DNA from: an uncultured bacterium
GTDB lineage: Bacteria > Patescibacteriota > Patescibacteriia > Patescibacteriales > UBA12465
Assembly: GCA_938003925.1 (NCBI GenBank)
Contig: CALKWQ010000023.1
Coordinates: forward strand, 150,554-214,553
DNA length: 64,000 nucleotides
Direction: 5' to 3'
Shown: positions 46,481 through 57,200 of the stretch, in pieces
Layout: each line of letters opens with the position of its first letter
Position numbering within the stretch: position 1 is the first letter of the stretch
Notes under the pieces: generated by a model
The model's database searches: none
Seen by the model: only the letters and a program-made list of their open reading frames with translations
What the model was told of the DNA's origin: nothing
Position numbers and translations under genes: made by a program

Positions 46481-49018
46481 ATGGGTAGAAAAAAGAAAAA
46501 CGCCGCTAATTCTCTGGCAGAGTTTAATCTACCTAGTTTTGAGCTAGACAATAGAGCTAAGCGCAGCATCGGCATTGTTATTGTCTTCGCTTTCGGCCTT
46601 ATCGCTTTATTGGGCTTGTTTAATCTTTCTGGCCAAGCCGGCCTCTTCTTGTCTAAGTGGTTGACCCTTATTTTTGGCTTCGGTAAATGGCTGGTGCCGT
46701 TGATTTTTCTTTTCTGGGGCATATTGTTAGTGCGTGATAAGACGGTGGAGGTTAAATTTAGTGATTATTTGGGTTTGCTATTACTTTTTGTTTCTTATCA
46801 GACTTTATTTCATTTTTTCTTAGACCAGGCGGAATGGTTAAGCGGCGTTAAAGAGGGTATTGGCGGTGGTTATGCCGGTTACTACTTAAGTAGATTTTTC
46901 TTTTATTGCTTCGGTTTTTGGGGCGGAGTTATTATTTTACTGTGTTTATTTTTAGTTTCTTTAGTAATTGTTTTTAACACTTCTTTGTCTAAAATCATTG
47001 GTAAAGAAAGTTTTCTGGCTGCTATTTTCAAGACTATTACCCAGGCTTTTCGGGGTATTTTTTCGCCTGCGCCAGCCGAACCGGATGATCGGGGTAGCCA
47101 ATTAGTGGAGCGAGCCAAAGAGGAAATATTGGAATCTTGGCAGCGTAAGCCGGTTGCCATAGAAGAAGTTGATGAAGAGGTCGCCGAAGAGGTGGCAGCC
47201 GTACACGCCAAAATTTCCCAGTCCGTTAATGATCGCGTACAAGAAAAAATAATTTTACCCAAAAAACAGATTAGGATTGACTTGCCTTTGGAATTATTAA
47301 ATGGTAAGGCTGGCCAAGCTATCAGCGGCGATACTCAAACCGGAGCAGCTAAAATCAAGCGTACTCTAGAAAATTTTGGCATAGCAGTGGATATGGCTGA
47401 TACTAAGGTTGGACCGACTGTAACTCAGTATACCTTTAAACCAGCTGAGGGGGTAAAAGTCTCTCGCATCATTACCTTAAATAATGATTTGTCTTTGGCT
47501 TTAGCCGCGCATCCTATTCGTATTGAAGCGCCGATTCCTGGTCAGTCCTTGGTGGGGGTAGAGGTGCCTAACAAAACTAAGGCGATTGTAGGGTTAAGAG
47601 AAATTTTGGAAGACGGGGTGTTTAAGGGGCGTAAACACAACATGATGATTGCTTTGGGTAAGGATGTTTCTGGCACTTCCTGGATTTATGATATTACGCG
47701 CATGCCTCACTTGTTGGTGGCAGGAGCGACTAATTCCGGTAAATCAGTTTGTTTAAATACCATTATTATTTCTTTGTTGTATCAAAATAATCCCGAAGAT
47801 TTACGCTTCATCATGGTTGATCCTAAGCGGGTAGAGCTGCCAGCCTATAATGGTATTCCTCATTTATTAACTCCTGTTATTACCGACGTATCTAAAACTA
47901 TTAATGCCTTGAAATGGTGCCTTAACGAAATGGATCGTCGTTACGATGTGCTTAACAAGGCGGGCAAAAAGAATATCCAGAGCTATAATAGTGATAAGCC
48001 ATCGGAAAAAATGCCCTACATCATCTTTATCATCGATGAACTGGCTGATTTTATGATGACTTCCGGTAAGGAAATGGAAGCAGCTATTATTCGTTTAGCT
48101 CAGATGTCTCGGGCGGTCGGGATACATTTAATTTTAGCTACTCAGCGTCCTAGTGTAGATGTTATTACCGGCTTAATTAAAGCCAATGTGCCTGCTCGTA
48201 TCGCTTTTTCTGTAGCCTCTTTGGTTGATTCTAAGACGATTTTAGATATGAGTGGGGCGGAGAAGCTGTTGGGCCAGGGTGATATGTTATTAACTACCGC
48301 TGAGCTGGCTAAGCCAAAACGTATTCAAGGCGTCTATGTGAGCGATCAAGAAATTAATGACGTAATTAGTTATATTAAAGAAAAGAGCGGCGAGGTTGAC
48401 TATTTAGAAGGTGTCACTGACCGTCAAAAAGTTGGTGGTGTAGCCGGAGTTGGCTTGGATGGCACTCATGGCGATGAAGATGAACTGATGGCTGAAGCCC
48501 AAGAGATTATTATTAAAGCCGGTAAGGCTTCCACTTCTCTATTGCAACGTCGTTTATCTATTGGTTACGGCCGGGCTGCTAAAATATTGGACATGCTGGA
48601 GGATGCTGGTATTATCGGTCCATCTAATGGTTCTAAGCCACGTGAAATCTTAATCAGTAGAGAACAATTTGAAAATATGCAGAGTCAAAGTGTCAGCGCT
48701 TTACCGGTTCACCATCGCAGCGAGGCCGCAGCTCCTAGTAGTTATTTGGCTGACGAAGGCAATGATGACACCTTAGCTTTTGTTGCCGAGACTGAAAATG
48801 ATGAAGAGGCGGAAGAATTAGTACTGGCGGCCGACGAAACGGATAATGATACCCCCGACTTTTTATTAGACGACACCGGCCCGGAAGATGACATCCAAGA
48901 TGAAGACGAAATTTTAGAGTCTATGCCAGCCCCTCAAGAGCCAGTAGAAGCTCCGAAGAGAGAGGTTAAGCCTAGAGTTTTTGATGAAGAAGAGGACGGT
49001 ATGTTTTTCAGTCGTTGA
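46481..49018 (+). CDS. ftsK: DNA translocase FtsK/SpoIIIE with a long acidic C-terminal extension. The start is taken at MGRKKKN.
   Basis: It has N-terminal TM helices. The motor domain carries Walker A GATNSGKSV and Walker B IIFIIDELAD. A gamma winged-helix domain (LLQRRLSIGYGRAAKILDMLE) is followed by a tail of about 110 aa rich in Asp and Glu. Confidence 0.9.
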   Translation: MGRKKKNAANSLAEFNLPSFELDNRAKRSIGIVIVFAFGLIALLGLFNLSGQAGLFLSKWLTLIFGFGKWLVPLIFLFWGILLVRDKTVEVKFSDYLGLLLLFVSYQTLFHFFLDQAEWLSGVKEGIGGGYAGYYLSRFFFYCFGFWGGVIILLCLFLVSLVIVFNTSLSKIIGKESFLAAIFKTITQAFRGIFSPAPAEPDDRGSQLVERAKEEILESWQRKPVAIEEVDEEVAEEVAAVHAKISQSVNDRVQEKIILPKKQIRIDLPLELLNGKAGQAISGDTQTGAAKIKRTLENFGIAVDMADTKVGPTVTQYTFKPAEGVKVSRIITLNNDLSLALAAHPIRIEAPIPGQSLVGVEVPNKTKAIVGLREILEDGVFKGRKHNMMIALGKDVSGTSWIYDITRMPHLLVAGATNSGKSVCLNTIIISLLYQNNPEDLRFIMVDPKRVELPAYNGIPHLLTPVITDVSKTINALKWCLNEMDRRYDVLNKAGKKNIQSYNSDKPSEKMPYIIFIIDELADFMMTSGKEMEAAIIRLAQMSRAVGIHLILATQRPSVDVITGLIKANVPARIAFSVASLVDSKTILDMSGAEKLLGQGDMLLTTAELAKPKRIQGVYVSDQEINDVISYIKEKSGEVDYLEGVTDRQKVGGVAGVGLDGTHGDEDELMAEAQEIIIKAGKASTSLLQRRLSIGYGRAAKILDMLEDAGIIGPSNGSKPREILISREQFENMQSQSVSALPVHHRSEAAAPSSYLADEGNDDTLAFVAETENDEEAEELVLAADETDNDTPDFLLDDTGPEDDIQDEDEILESMPAPQEPVEAPKREVKPRVFDEEEDGMFFSR

Positions 49019-49068
49019 ACGAATAGTTAAACAATATGATTACATCCTAAAGGCCGGCAACGGCCTTT

Positions 49069-50535
49069 GTGGTAAAGTTTTTTCTTTTCTCTTTTCTTGT
49101 TATAATAAAATATATGCTTGCAAAAATAAAAAAGATTATTCCTTTTAAGATCTTCCGGGTTTGTCAGCCTGCCTATCATTTTGTGCTAGGTTATTTGGCA
49201 GCTTTGTATTATCGCTTTCCTAGTCGTCAGCTTTTGATTATTGGCGTCACTGGCACTACCGGCAAGACTACCACAGTCTATTTCTTGTCTCGTCTATTAT
49301 CAGCTAGCGGTTATAAGGCTGGCTATACTTCAACTGCTCAGTTTAACGATGGTCAGCGTGAATGGCTAAACGACAAGAAGATGACCATGCCAGGACGCTT
49401 TTTTTTACAAAAAATGTTGAGACAAATGGTTAAAAATGGTTGTCGAGTGGCAATTGTAGAAACAACCTCTCAAGGTATTGAGCAATTTAGGCATCGTTTT
49501 ATCAATTATGACATCATACTTTTTACTAATCTGTACCCAGAGCATATTGAGGCTCATGGCGGCTTTGAAAATTATAAACAAGCTAAGGGCAAGCTGTTTG
49601 CGCATTTACAGCGTTGTCAACTTAAGTATTTAGATGAGAAGCGTAAGGTGGTGCTGAAGCCAAGTGGCTTGCGTCAAACTGAGTTGAGAAAAATAAAAAA
49701 GAGTATTATTGTAAACGGTGACGATGAACACGCTTCTTATTTTTTATCATTTCCGGCTGAAAGGAAGTACGTCTATACTCTAAATAAAGATTTGCGTGCA
49801 CATCATTTAGCTGGCGCAGGAGGAGAGGAGGTGCAGCCGAGACCGGAGTTATTGTTATTTGAACCTTTATTTTCTGAAGCTGCTGGCTCCGATTTTTACT
49901 TGACTGGTGAGCGTTATCATCTGCCAATTCTTGGTTCCTATAATGTCTTCAATGCTGTGGCCGCCCTGGCAGCAGCACTGTCTTTGGATATTACTAGCAA
50001 GGAGTTGATAGTCGCCCTAGCTGAGATTAAGGTGTTGGCTGGTAAAATGGAAAAGATTGAACTGGGACAGTCATTTACCGTGCTAATCGATTACGCCTTT
50101 GAGCCCAAAGCTTTGGAGGCACTGTATCAGAATTTGGATTTCTTGCCCCACGAGCGCTTACTCCACGTCCTGGGTTCTGCCGGAGGTGGCCGCGATCAGT
50201 CTCGTCGTCCTTTATTAGGAAAAATGGCAGGAGAAAAGGCGGATATCGTTATTGTTACTAACGAAGACCCGTATGATGAGGATCCTCAGCTAATTATTGA
50301 TCAAGTAGCTCTGGGGGTCGAACATGCCGGCAAATCTTTAGGACAAGATTTATATAAGATTTTAGACCGTCGTCTGGCTATTAGGGAGGCTTTACGTTTA
50401 GCCCAACCTGGCGATTTAGTTCTAATTACCGGCAAGGGGGCAGAGCAATATATTTGTGGACCACGGGAAACTAAAGAGCCTTGGGATGATAGACAGGTGG
50501 TCAGGGAAGAGTTGGTCAATCTTTTGTCGGTTTAA
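49069..50535 (+). CDS. murE: Mur ligase family protein, MurE-like UDP-MurNAc-tripeptide synthetase. An alternative start lies at 49114.
   Basis: It has the P-loop GVTGTTGKTTT. The Mur ligase middle and C-terminal domains carry the DxxR-like C-terminal region. Its 488 aa fit MurE. Confidence 0.65.
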   Translation: MVKFFLFSFLVIIKYMLAKIKKIIPFKIFRVCQPAYHFVLGYLAALYYRFPSRQLLIIGVTGTTGKTTTVYFLSRLLSASGYKAGYTSTAQFNDGQREWLNDKKMTMPGRFFLQKMLRQMVKNGCRVAIVETTSQGIEQFRHRFINYDIILFTNLYPEHIEAHGGFENYKQAKGKLFAHLQRCQLKYLDEKRKVVLKPSGLRQTELRKIKKSIIVNGDDEHASYFLSFPAERKYVYTLNKDLRAHHLAGAGGEEVQPRPELLLFEPLFSEAAGSDFYLTGERYHLPILGSYNVFNAVAALAAALSLDITSKELIVALAEIKVLAGKMEKIELGQSFTVLIDYAFEPKALEALYQNLDFLPHERLLHVLGSAGGGRDQSRRPLLGKMAGEKADIVIVTNEDPYDEDPQLIIDQVALGVEHAGKSLGQDLYKILDRRLAIREALRLAQPGDLVLITGKGAEQYICGPRETKEPWDDRQVVREELVNLLSV

Positions 50536-50557
50536 ATAACTGTGTACAAGCTGTGTA

Positions 50558-50586
50558 TTGACAAATATTGGCTATTGTAATATTAT
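50558..50586 (+). promoter_or_regulatory. Candidate sigma70 promoter upstream of rpoB (TTGACA-N17-TATTAT)
   Basis: ttgaca is a perfect -35. It is separated by 17 nt from tattat, a near-consensus -10. It lies 300 nt upstream of the rpoB start, leaving a long leader. Confidence 0.45.
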
Positions 50587-50887
50587 AGAAAATACAATCA
50601 GCTATTAGGTAAAAAAATTAAAAAAACGGTCGGTAAGGTGTAAAATTATTCTCTGTCCTACATTCCGTTTTTTTTGTATTTTTTGCCAAAATTCACTTTA
50701 TAAATAACCTCTATTCTAAAGTGATTATAAATTCCAGGCGCAACTAAATATTCAACTCCCAACTCAAGCTGTGAGAAGTTTGAGATTTTTTTGTTGAAAG
50801 CGCCCCTCATCAAGTCAATAAAATTCAGGCCGGACTATCGCCCTTCTGCTCCACAGATGGCGATTGGTTTGCTGCCCCTAAAGTTCT

Positions 50888-53800
50888 ATGTCTAATGCGA
50901 CTGCCGTGGATAAAAAAATCGCCGAGCGCAAGTTCTTTACTGACTTCAAGGAAGTAATGCCCTTGCCAGATTTGATTGAAATTCAGAAAGATTCCTATCG
51001 CTGGTTTCTAGAAGAGGGTTTAGCTGAATTATTTGACGAAATTAATCCTGTCACCGATTTTATCGGCCGCGATTTAGAATTATATTTTGAAGATTATTAT
51101 TTAGATGAGCCGAAGTTTTCTGAGGTGGAGAGCCGTGAAAAGAATATTACCTATGAAGCGCCTTTGCGAGTGAAGACGCGTTTAGTTAACAAGAAGACTG
51201 ACCATGTATCTAATCAGGAGGTCTATTTAGGGGATTTCCCCATCATGACCGATAAAGGCACCTTTATTATTAATGGAATTGAGCGTGTCGTCGTATCTCA
51301 GTTGATTCGTTCTGCTGGGGTAATGTTTACCGCCGAGTTTATTAAAGGTAAAAAATGTTACGGTGCGAAGATTATTCCTAATCGCGGCGCCTGGTTAGAG
51401 ATTGAAACTGACTCTAACAAAGTAATTTGGGTGCGTATTGATAGAAAACGCAAAGTGGCGGTGACGTCGCTCTTGCGTGCTTTTGGTTATGAAACCGACG
51501 AGGAATTGAAAAAATTATTCAGCGACGTTGATTTAGTTAAGAGCAGTGACGAACCGACTTACATTGAAGCTACTATAGAAAAAGATACGGCCAAGACCGA
51601 AGCCGAGGGTTTACAGGAAGTTTATCGTCGTATTCGACCTGGTGATTTAGCTTCGGTAGAAAATGCTCGTCAGTTGATTCATTCCATGTTTTTCCGCTTT
51701 GATCGTTATGATTTTGGCAGAGTGGGCCGTTATAAACTTAACCGCCGTTTTAGTCTTGATTTAGCTAACAAAAAAGAGAATCGAGTTTTACGCAAAGAAG
51801 ATTTGTTGTTGATTGTCAAAGAAGTAATTCGTTTGAATATTACCAAGGAAGCCGAAGACGATATTGATCACTTAGGTAATCGTCGCATTCGCGCCATCGG
51901 CGGCCTGATTCAGAATCGTTTCCGTGTGGGTTTGGCACGTATGGAGCGCATCATCAAGGATCGCATGTCTACTACCGATATTGCCACTCTAACTCCGAAT
52001 AAATTGGTTAATTCCCGCCCAGTTATTGGTGTGGTAAAGGAGTTTTTCATGTCTTCCCAGCTCTCTCAATTCATGGATCAAACTAATCCTTTGGCCGAGT
52101 TGGAGCATAAGCGTCGTTTGTCAGCCACGGGTCCAGGTGGTTTAACCAGGGAGCGTGCTGGTTTCGACGTCCGCGACGTTCATGCCACTCACTACGGTCG
52201 TATTTGTCCTATTGCTACTCCAGAAGGTCCAAATATTGGTTTAGTGGGTCACTTAGCCAGTTATGCTCGTTTAAATAGCTATGGCTTTTTAGAAACCCCT
52301 TATCGTCGTGTTAAACACGAGAAGAGTGGCAGCCGTATCACCGATGAAGTTGTCTATATCGATGCTTTTGAAGAAGAGAAATTTATTACCGTTGACTCTA
52401 CTATTCCAGTGGATGCCAATGGTTGTTTTGCTGTCAGTCGTTATGAGGTGCGCAAATATGGCCAACCGGGAGTGGAGGATGTGAACAAGATTGATTTTGT
52501 CGGCGTGGCTGCTAATCAAATTATTTCTATTGCCACTTCTTTAATTCCTTTCATGGAACATAACGATGGCCAGCGCTCGTTAATGGGCACTAACATGCAA
52601 CGTCAGGCTGTGCCTTTGGTTAAAGCGGAAGCGCCTATTGTTGGTACCGGCGTAGAAGCGCGGGCGGCGCGTGACAGCGGTCATGTGATTATTGCTAAAG
52701 AAGACGGCGTAGTAGTGAAATCAGATGCCGACGTGATTGAGGTGGAAAACAAAAAAGGCCAAATTACTAAATACGTATTGAATAAATTTTTGCGTTCCAA
52801 TTCTTCTACTTGTATTAATCAGCATCCTTTAGTGATGGTTGGAGATAAGGTAAAAGCCGATCAGATTTTATCCGACGGACCTTCTATTAATAATGGAGAA
52901 TTGGCTCTAGGACGCAACGTTTTGGTAGCTTTTATGACCTGGGATGGTTATAACTATGAAGACGCTGTAATTATTTCTGAACGTTTAGTGAAAGAAGACG
53001 TCTATTCTTCCATTCACATTGAAAATTATACTATTGATGTTCGTGACACGAAGTTAGGTCCGGAAGTTATTACTAACGATATTCCTAACATCAGCGAGGA
53101 GAAATTAAAGAATCTGGATGAAGACGGCATTATTCATATCGGTGCCGAAGTTTCTTCTGGTGATATTTTGGTTGGTAAAATTACGCCCAAAGGCGAGACT
53201 ACTTTATCAGCTGAAGAAAAATTATTACGTGCTATTTTCGGGGAAAAAGCTAAAGATGTCCGTGATTCTTCTTTATATCTCGAACACGGTGAACACGGTA
53301 AAGTGGTAGATGTGAAGATTTTCTCCCGCGAGGAAGGTGATAAGTTATCAGCTGGAGTATTAAAGTCAATCCAAGTTTCGGTGGCCAATTTACGTAAGAT
53401 TCAGGTGGGCGATAAGATGTCTGGTCGTCACGGTAATAAGGGTGTTATCTCTAAGGTGGTGCCGGCTGAAGATATGCCTTATTTAGCCGACGGCACGCCT
53501 ATTGATATTATTCTTTCTCCTTTGGGTATTATCTCTCGTATGAATCTTGGCCAGTTGCTAGAGACTCATTTAGGTTTTGCTGCTCAGAAGCTTGGTTATA
53601 GAATTGCTACCCCCGCCTTAAATGGTATCAATGAAGATCAAATCAAAGGCGAGCTCAAGAAGGCCGGTTTACCGGAAGATGGTAAAGTTACGCTTTTTGA
53701 TGGTCGTACCGGCGAAGCTTTCGATCACAAGATTACGGTGGGCTATAAGTATGTGTTGAAATTGAATCACATGGTGGAAGACAAGATTCACCAGCGTTCT

Positions 53801-54223
53801 ATCGGTCCTTATTCTCTGATTACGCAACAGCCTTTAGGAGGTAAAGCTCAATTCGGTGGCCAGCGTTTTGGTGAAATGGAAGTTTGGGCCTTGGAAGGCT
53901 ATGGTGCCTCTCACACCTTACAAGAGATGTTGACCATTAAGTCTGACGATGTTCCTGGCCGCAGCAAGGCTTATGAAGCTATCATTAAAGGTGAAGAAAT
54001 AGAAAAACTGAACGTGCCAGAATCTTTCAATGTATTGATTCGCGAACTTAAAGGCCTAGGTTTAAGTGTGGAGTTGTTGGGAGGCAGTGGCGGCCAACCA
54101 GCTTCAGAAGTAGAAACAGAGCTGGATTTAGCAGAGAAACAAGACCCTCGCTATGATTATGATAAGCCGGAAATTATTGTGGCTGAAGATCGGGTAGAGG
54201 GCCCAGCACCGACTGAAGAGTAG
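50888..54223 (+). CDS. rpoB: DNA-directed RNA polymerase subunit beta
   Basis: The 1111-aa product carries the conserved block [28 protein letters not shown]. The block [17 protein letters not shown] and the rifampicin-cluster region are also present. Confidence 0.98.
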   Translation: [1111 protein letters not shown]

Positions 54224-54263
54224 TTTTAGGCCAAAGTTTTAATCAATTTATTCCATAATATAT

Positions 54264-57200
54264 ATGTTGAACCCAATTAAAACTAGCGACTTCAACGCCA
54301 TCCGCCTGAAGCTCGCCTCTCCCGAAGAGATTCTTTCTTGGTCTCATGGAGAAGTGATTCGTCCGGAAACCATCAACTATCGCACTCAGAAGCCTGAAAA
54401 AGACGGCTTGTTTTGCGAGAAGATTTTTGGTCCGACCAAGGATTGGGAATGTGCTTGCGGCAAGTATAAGAAGATTCGCTATAAGGGTATTGTTTGTGAT
54501 AAATGCGGCGTAGAAGTTACACGTAGCGTGGTTCGTCGTGAACGCATGGGCCACATCAATCTGCAGATACCTTGTACGCATATCTGGTTTTTACGCGGCA
54601 TTTCCTCTAAAATTGGCTTACTACTTAACTTAGGTATCCAATCTTTGGAGAAGGTAATTTATTTTGCTAGCTTTATTGTCACTGATGTTGACGAAGGTCT
54701 TAAAGAGGCTGCTTTAGAACAAATTAAGAGTGAGCATAAATCAAAACGCAAGAGTATAGACAATGAATTTAATCAACAGGTTAAGCGCGCTCAAGATAGT
54801 CGTGCACAGCTGATTAAAGATGGCAAGAGTAAGGATGACGCTGATGATGAGATTAAAGAAGCCATTAAAGTGGCCACTAAAGAGCGCGATGAAAAGGCCG
54901 AGAATTTAGAAGAAGATTTTATCCAGGTTACCAAGGAGTTAAAAGAGCTCAAGCCGTTGTTAATCTTGTCTGAACATCAGTATCAAAATTTAAGTTTGAA
55001 ATTTGGTCACTTGTTTGAAGCTGGTATCGGCGCTGAAGCTATTCGCCATCTCTTGGAAAGAATTGACCTGGAAAAGAGCGTGGTTAAGGTTGAAGAAAAA
55101 CTTAAGGACGCCGTTGATTCTAAACGCGATAAGTTGATTAAGCGCTTGAAGTTGCTCAAGAGCTTCCGTAATAATAATTTACGTCCCGAGTGGATGATTT
55201 TAGCCGTGTTACCAGTGGTTCCGCCCGATTTACGCCCTATGGTGGCTTTAGATGGTGGTCGTTTTGCAGCCTCTGATTTAAATGATTTATATCGTCGGGT
55301 GATTAACCGCAACAATCGTTTAAAGCAACTGATTGATTTAAATGCTCCGGAGGTTATCTGCCGCAACGAAAAACGCATGTTGCAGGAAGCAGTTGATGCC
55401 TTGATTGATAACTCCGCTCGTCATACTAAAACCGTTACCGCTTCTACCGGACAGAAGCGTCAGTTAAAATCTTTGGCCGATGGCCTTAAAGGTAAACAGG
55501 GACGTTTTCGTCAAAATTTGTTGGGTAAGCGCGTAGATTATTCCGGCCGTAGCGTAATTGTGGTTAATCCTAAGCTTAATCTTGATCAGTGCGGTTTGCC
55601 CAAGATTATGGCACTTGAATTATTTAAACCTTTTATCATCAGCCAGTTAATCAAACGAGAGATTGTGCACAATGTGCGCAGCGCTTCTCGTTATATTGAA
55701 GCCGGACATGATGAAGTTTGGGATATTTTAGAAGAAACGGTTAAGGAGGCTTATGTATTATTAAACCGCGCCCCCACCCTGCATCGTTTAGGTATCCAGG
55801 CCTTTAAGCCGATTTTGATTGAAGGCAAGGCGATTCAGATTCATCCTTTGGTCTGTACAGCTTTTAACGCCGACTTTGACGGCGACCAAATGGCGGTGCA
55901 TGTGCCTTTAACTAAGGATGCTAAGAATGAGGCAGCCAACATCATGCTGTCTTCTCATAACTTGCTCAAACCAGCTACCGGTGATCCCATTGTTGCTCCT
56001 GCCCAGGACATCGTGTGGGGTACTTATTATATTACTTTAGAAGATCCGGCTTATAAGGATCGTCAAAACCAAGAGTTGAAGCATTTTTATGATGATAGTG
56101 ACGCCATGTTGGCTTATGATAATGGGCATGTGGCTCTGAATGAACCAGTTATTATAAAACTTGGCGGTGAACGTATTCGCACTACCGTTGGTCGCATGAT
56201 TTTTAATTTAATACTGCCCGAGAAATTACGCTACATCAATGAAGTTGTGGGCAAGGGCAAGTTAAAGGACTTAATTAGAGAGTGCTTACGTCTTTATAGC
56301 GAGGAGGAAACAGTTAAGTTTATCGATAATCTGAAGAATAAGAGCTTTTCCTTTATTACTAAATCCGGGCTATCTTGGGGTTTTGGCGATTTACCGACTT
56401 TACCAGAAAAAGATCGCTTGATTGATAGCGCTAACAAGAACGTAGATTTAATCCAGGAACAGTATGAAGAGGGTTTGTTGACTGAGAGTGAGCGCTACGC
56501 TAAGGTCATCGAAGAATGGACTAATACGAAGGACAAAATTGCTGATATTTGTAAGAAGGGTTTGCTGGATATTTTGCCCGTGTATTCTATGATTGATTCC
56601 GGTGCGCGCGGATCTTGGGCTCAGCCAGTGCAGATTTTAGGCATGAAAGGTTTGGTGACCTCTCCTTCCGGTGCCATTATTGAATTGCCGGTGAAGGGTA
56701 ATTTTAAAGAAGGCTTCGGAGTGTTGGAATATTTTATCTCCACTCACGGTGTACGCAAGGGTTTGTCCGATACCGCTTTAAGAACGGCTAACGCTGGTTA
56801 TTTGACTCGTCGTTTGATTGATGTTTCTCAGGATGTCATTGTCACTGAAGAGGACTGCGGCGATAAGAAGGGCGTACTTTATACTCGGGCAGAAACCGAT
56901 AAGACGGGTGAAGATTTCTATAAGAAAATTATTGGTCGCTACTTAGCTCAAGATTTACAGGATGATAAGGGTAAAGTGATTTTGAAGGCCGGGTCTTTGA
57001 TTAGTGAAGATGTGGCTAGAGACTTTAAAGCCAAGTCTGTCGATGCTTTATACTTGCGCTCAGTGCTGAGTTGTCATTTACATAAAGGCGTTTGCGCTAA
57101 GTGTTATGGTTGGGATTTGGCCTATAATAAAGAAGTTAAACTTGGTTCGGCAGTCGGCATTATCGCCGCTCAGTCTATCGGTGAACCTGGTACGCAGTTA

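Noticed and set aside
46378-46722. A 114-aa ORF on the minus strand
   Set aside because: It is antisense to the ftsK 5' region and overlaps the CDF gene's end. It has no motif and atypical composition, so it is probably spurious.
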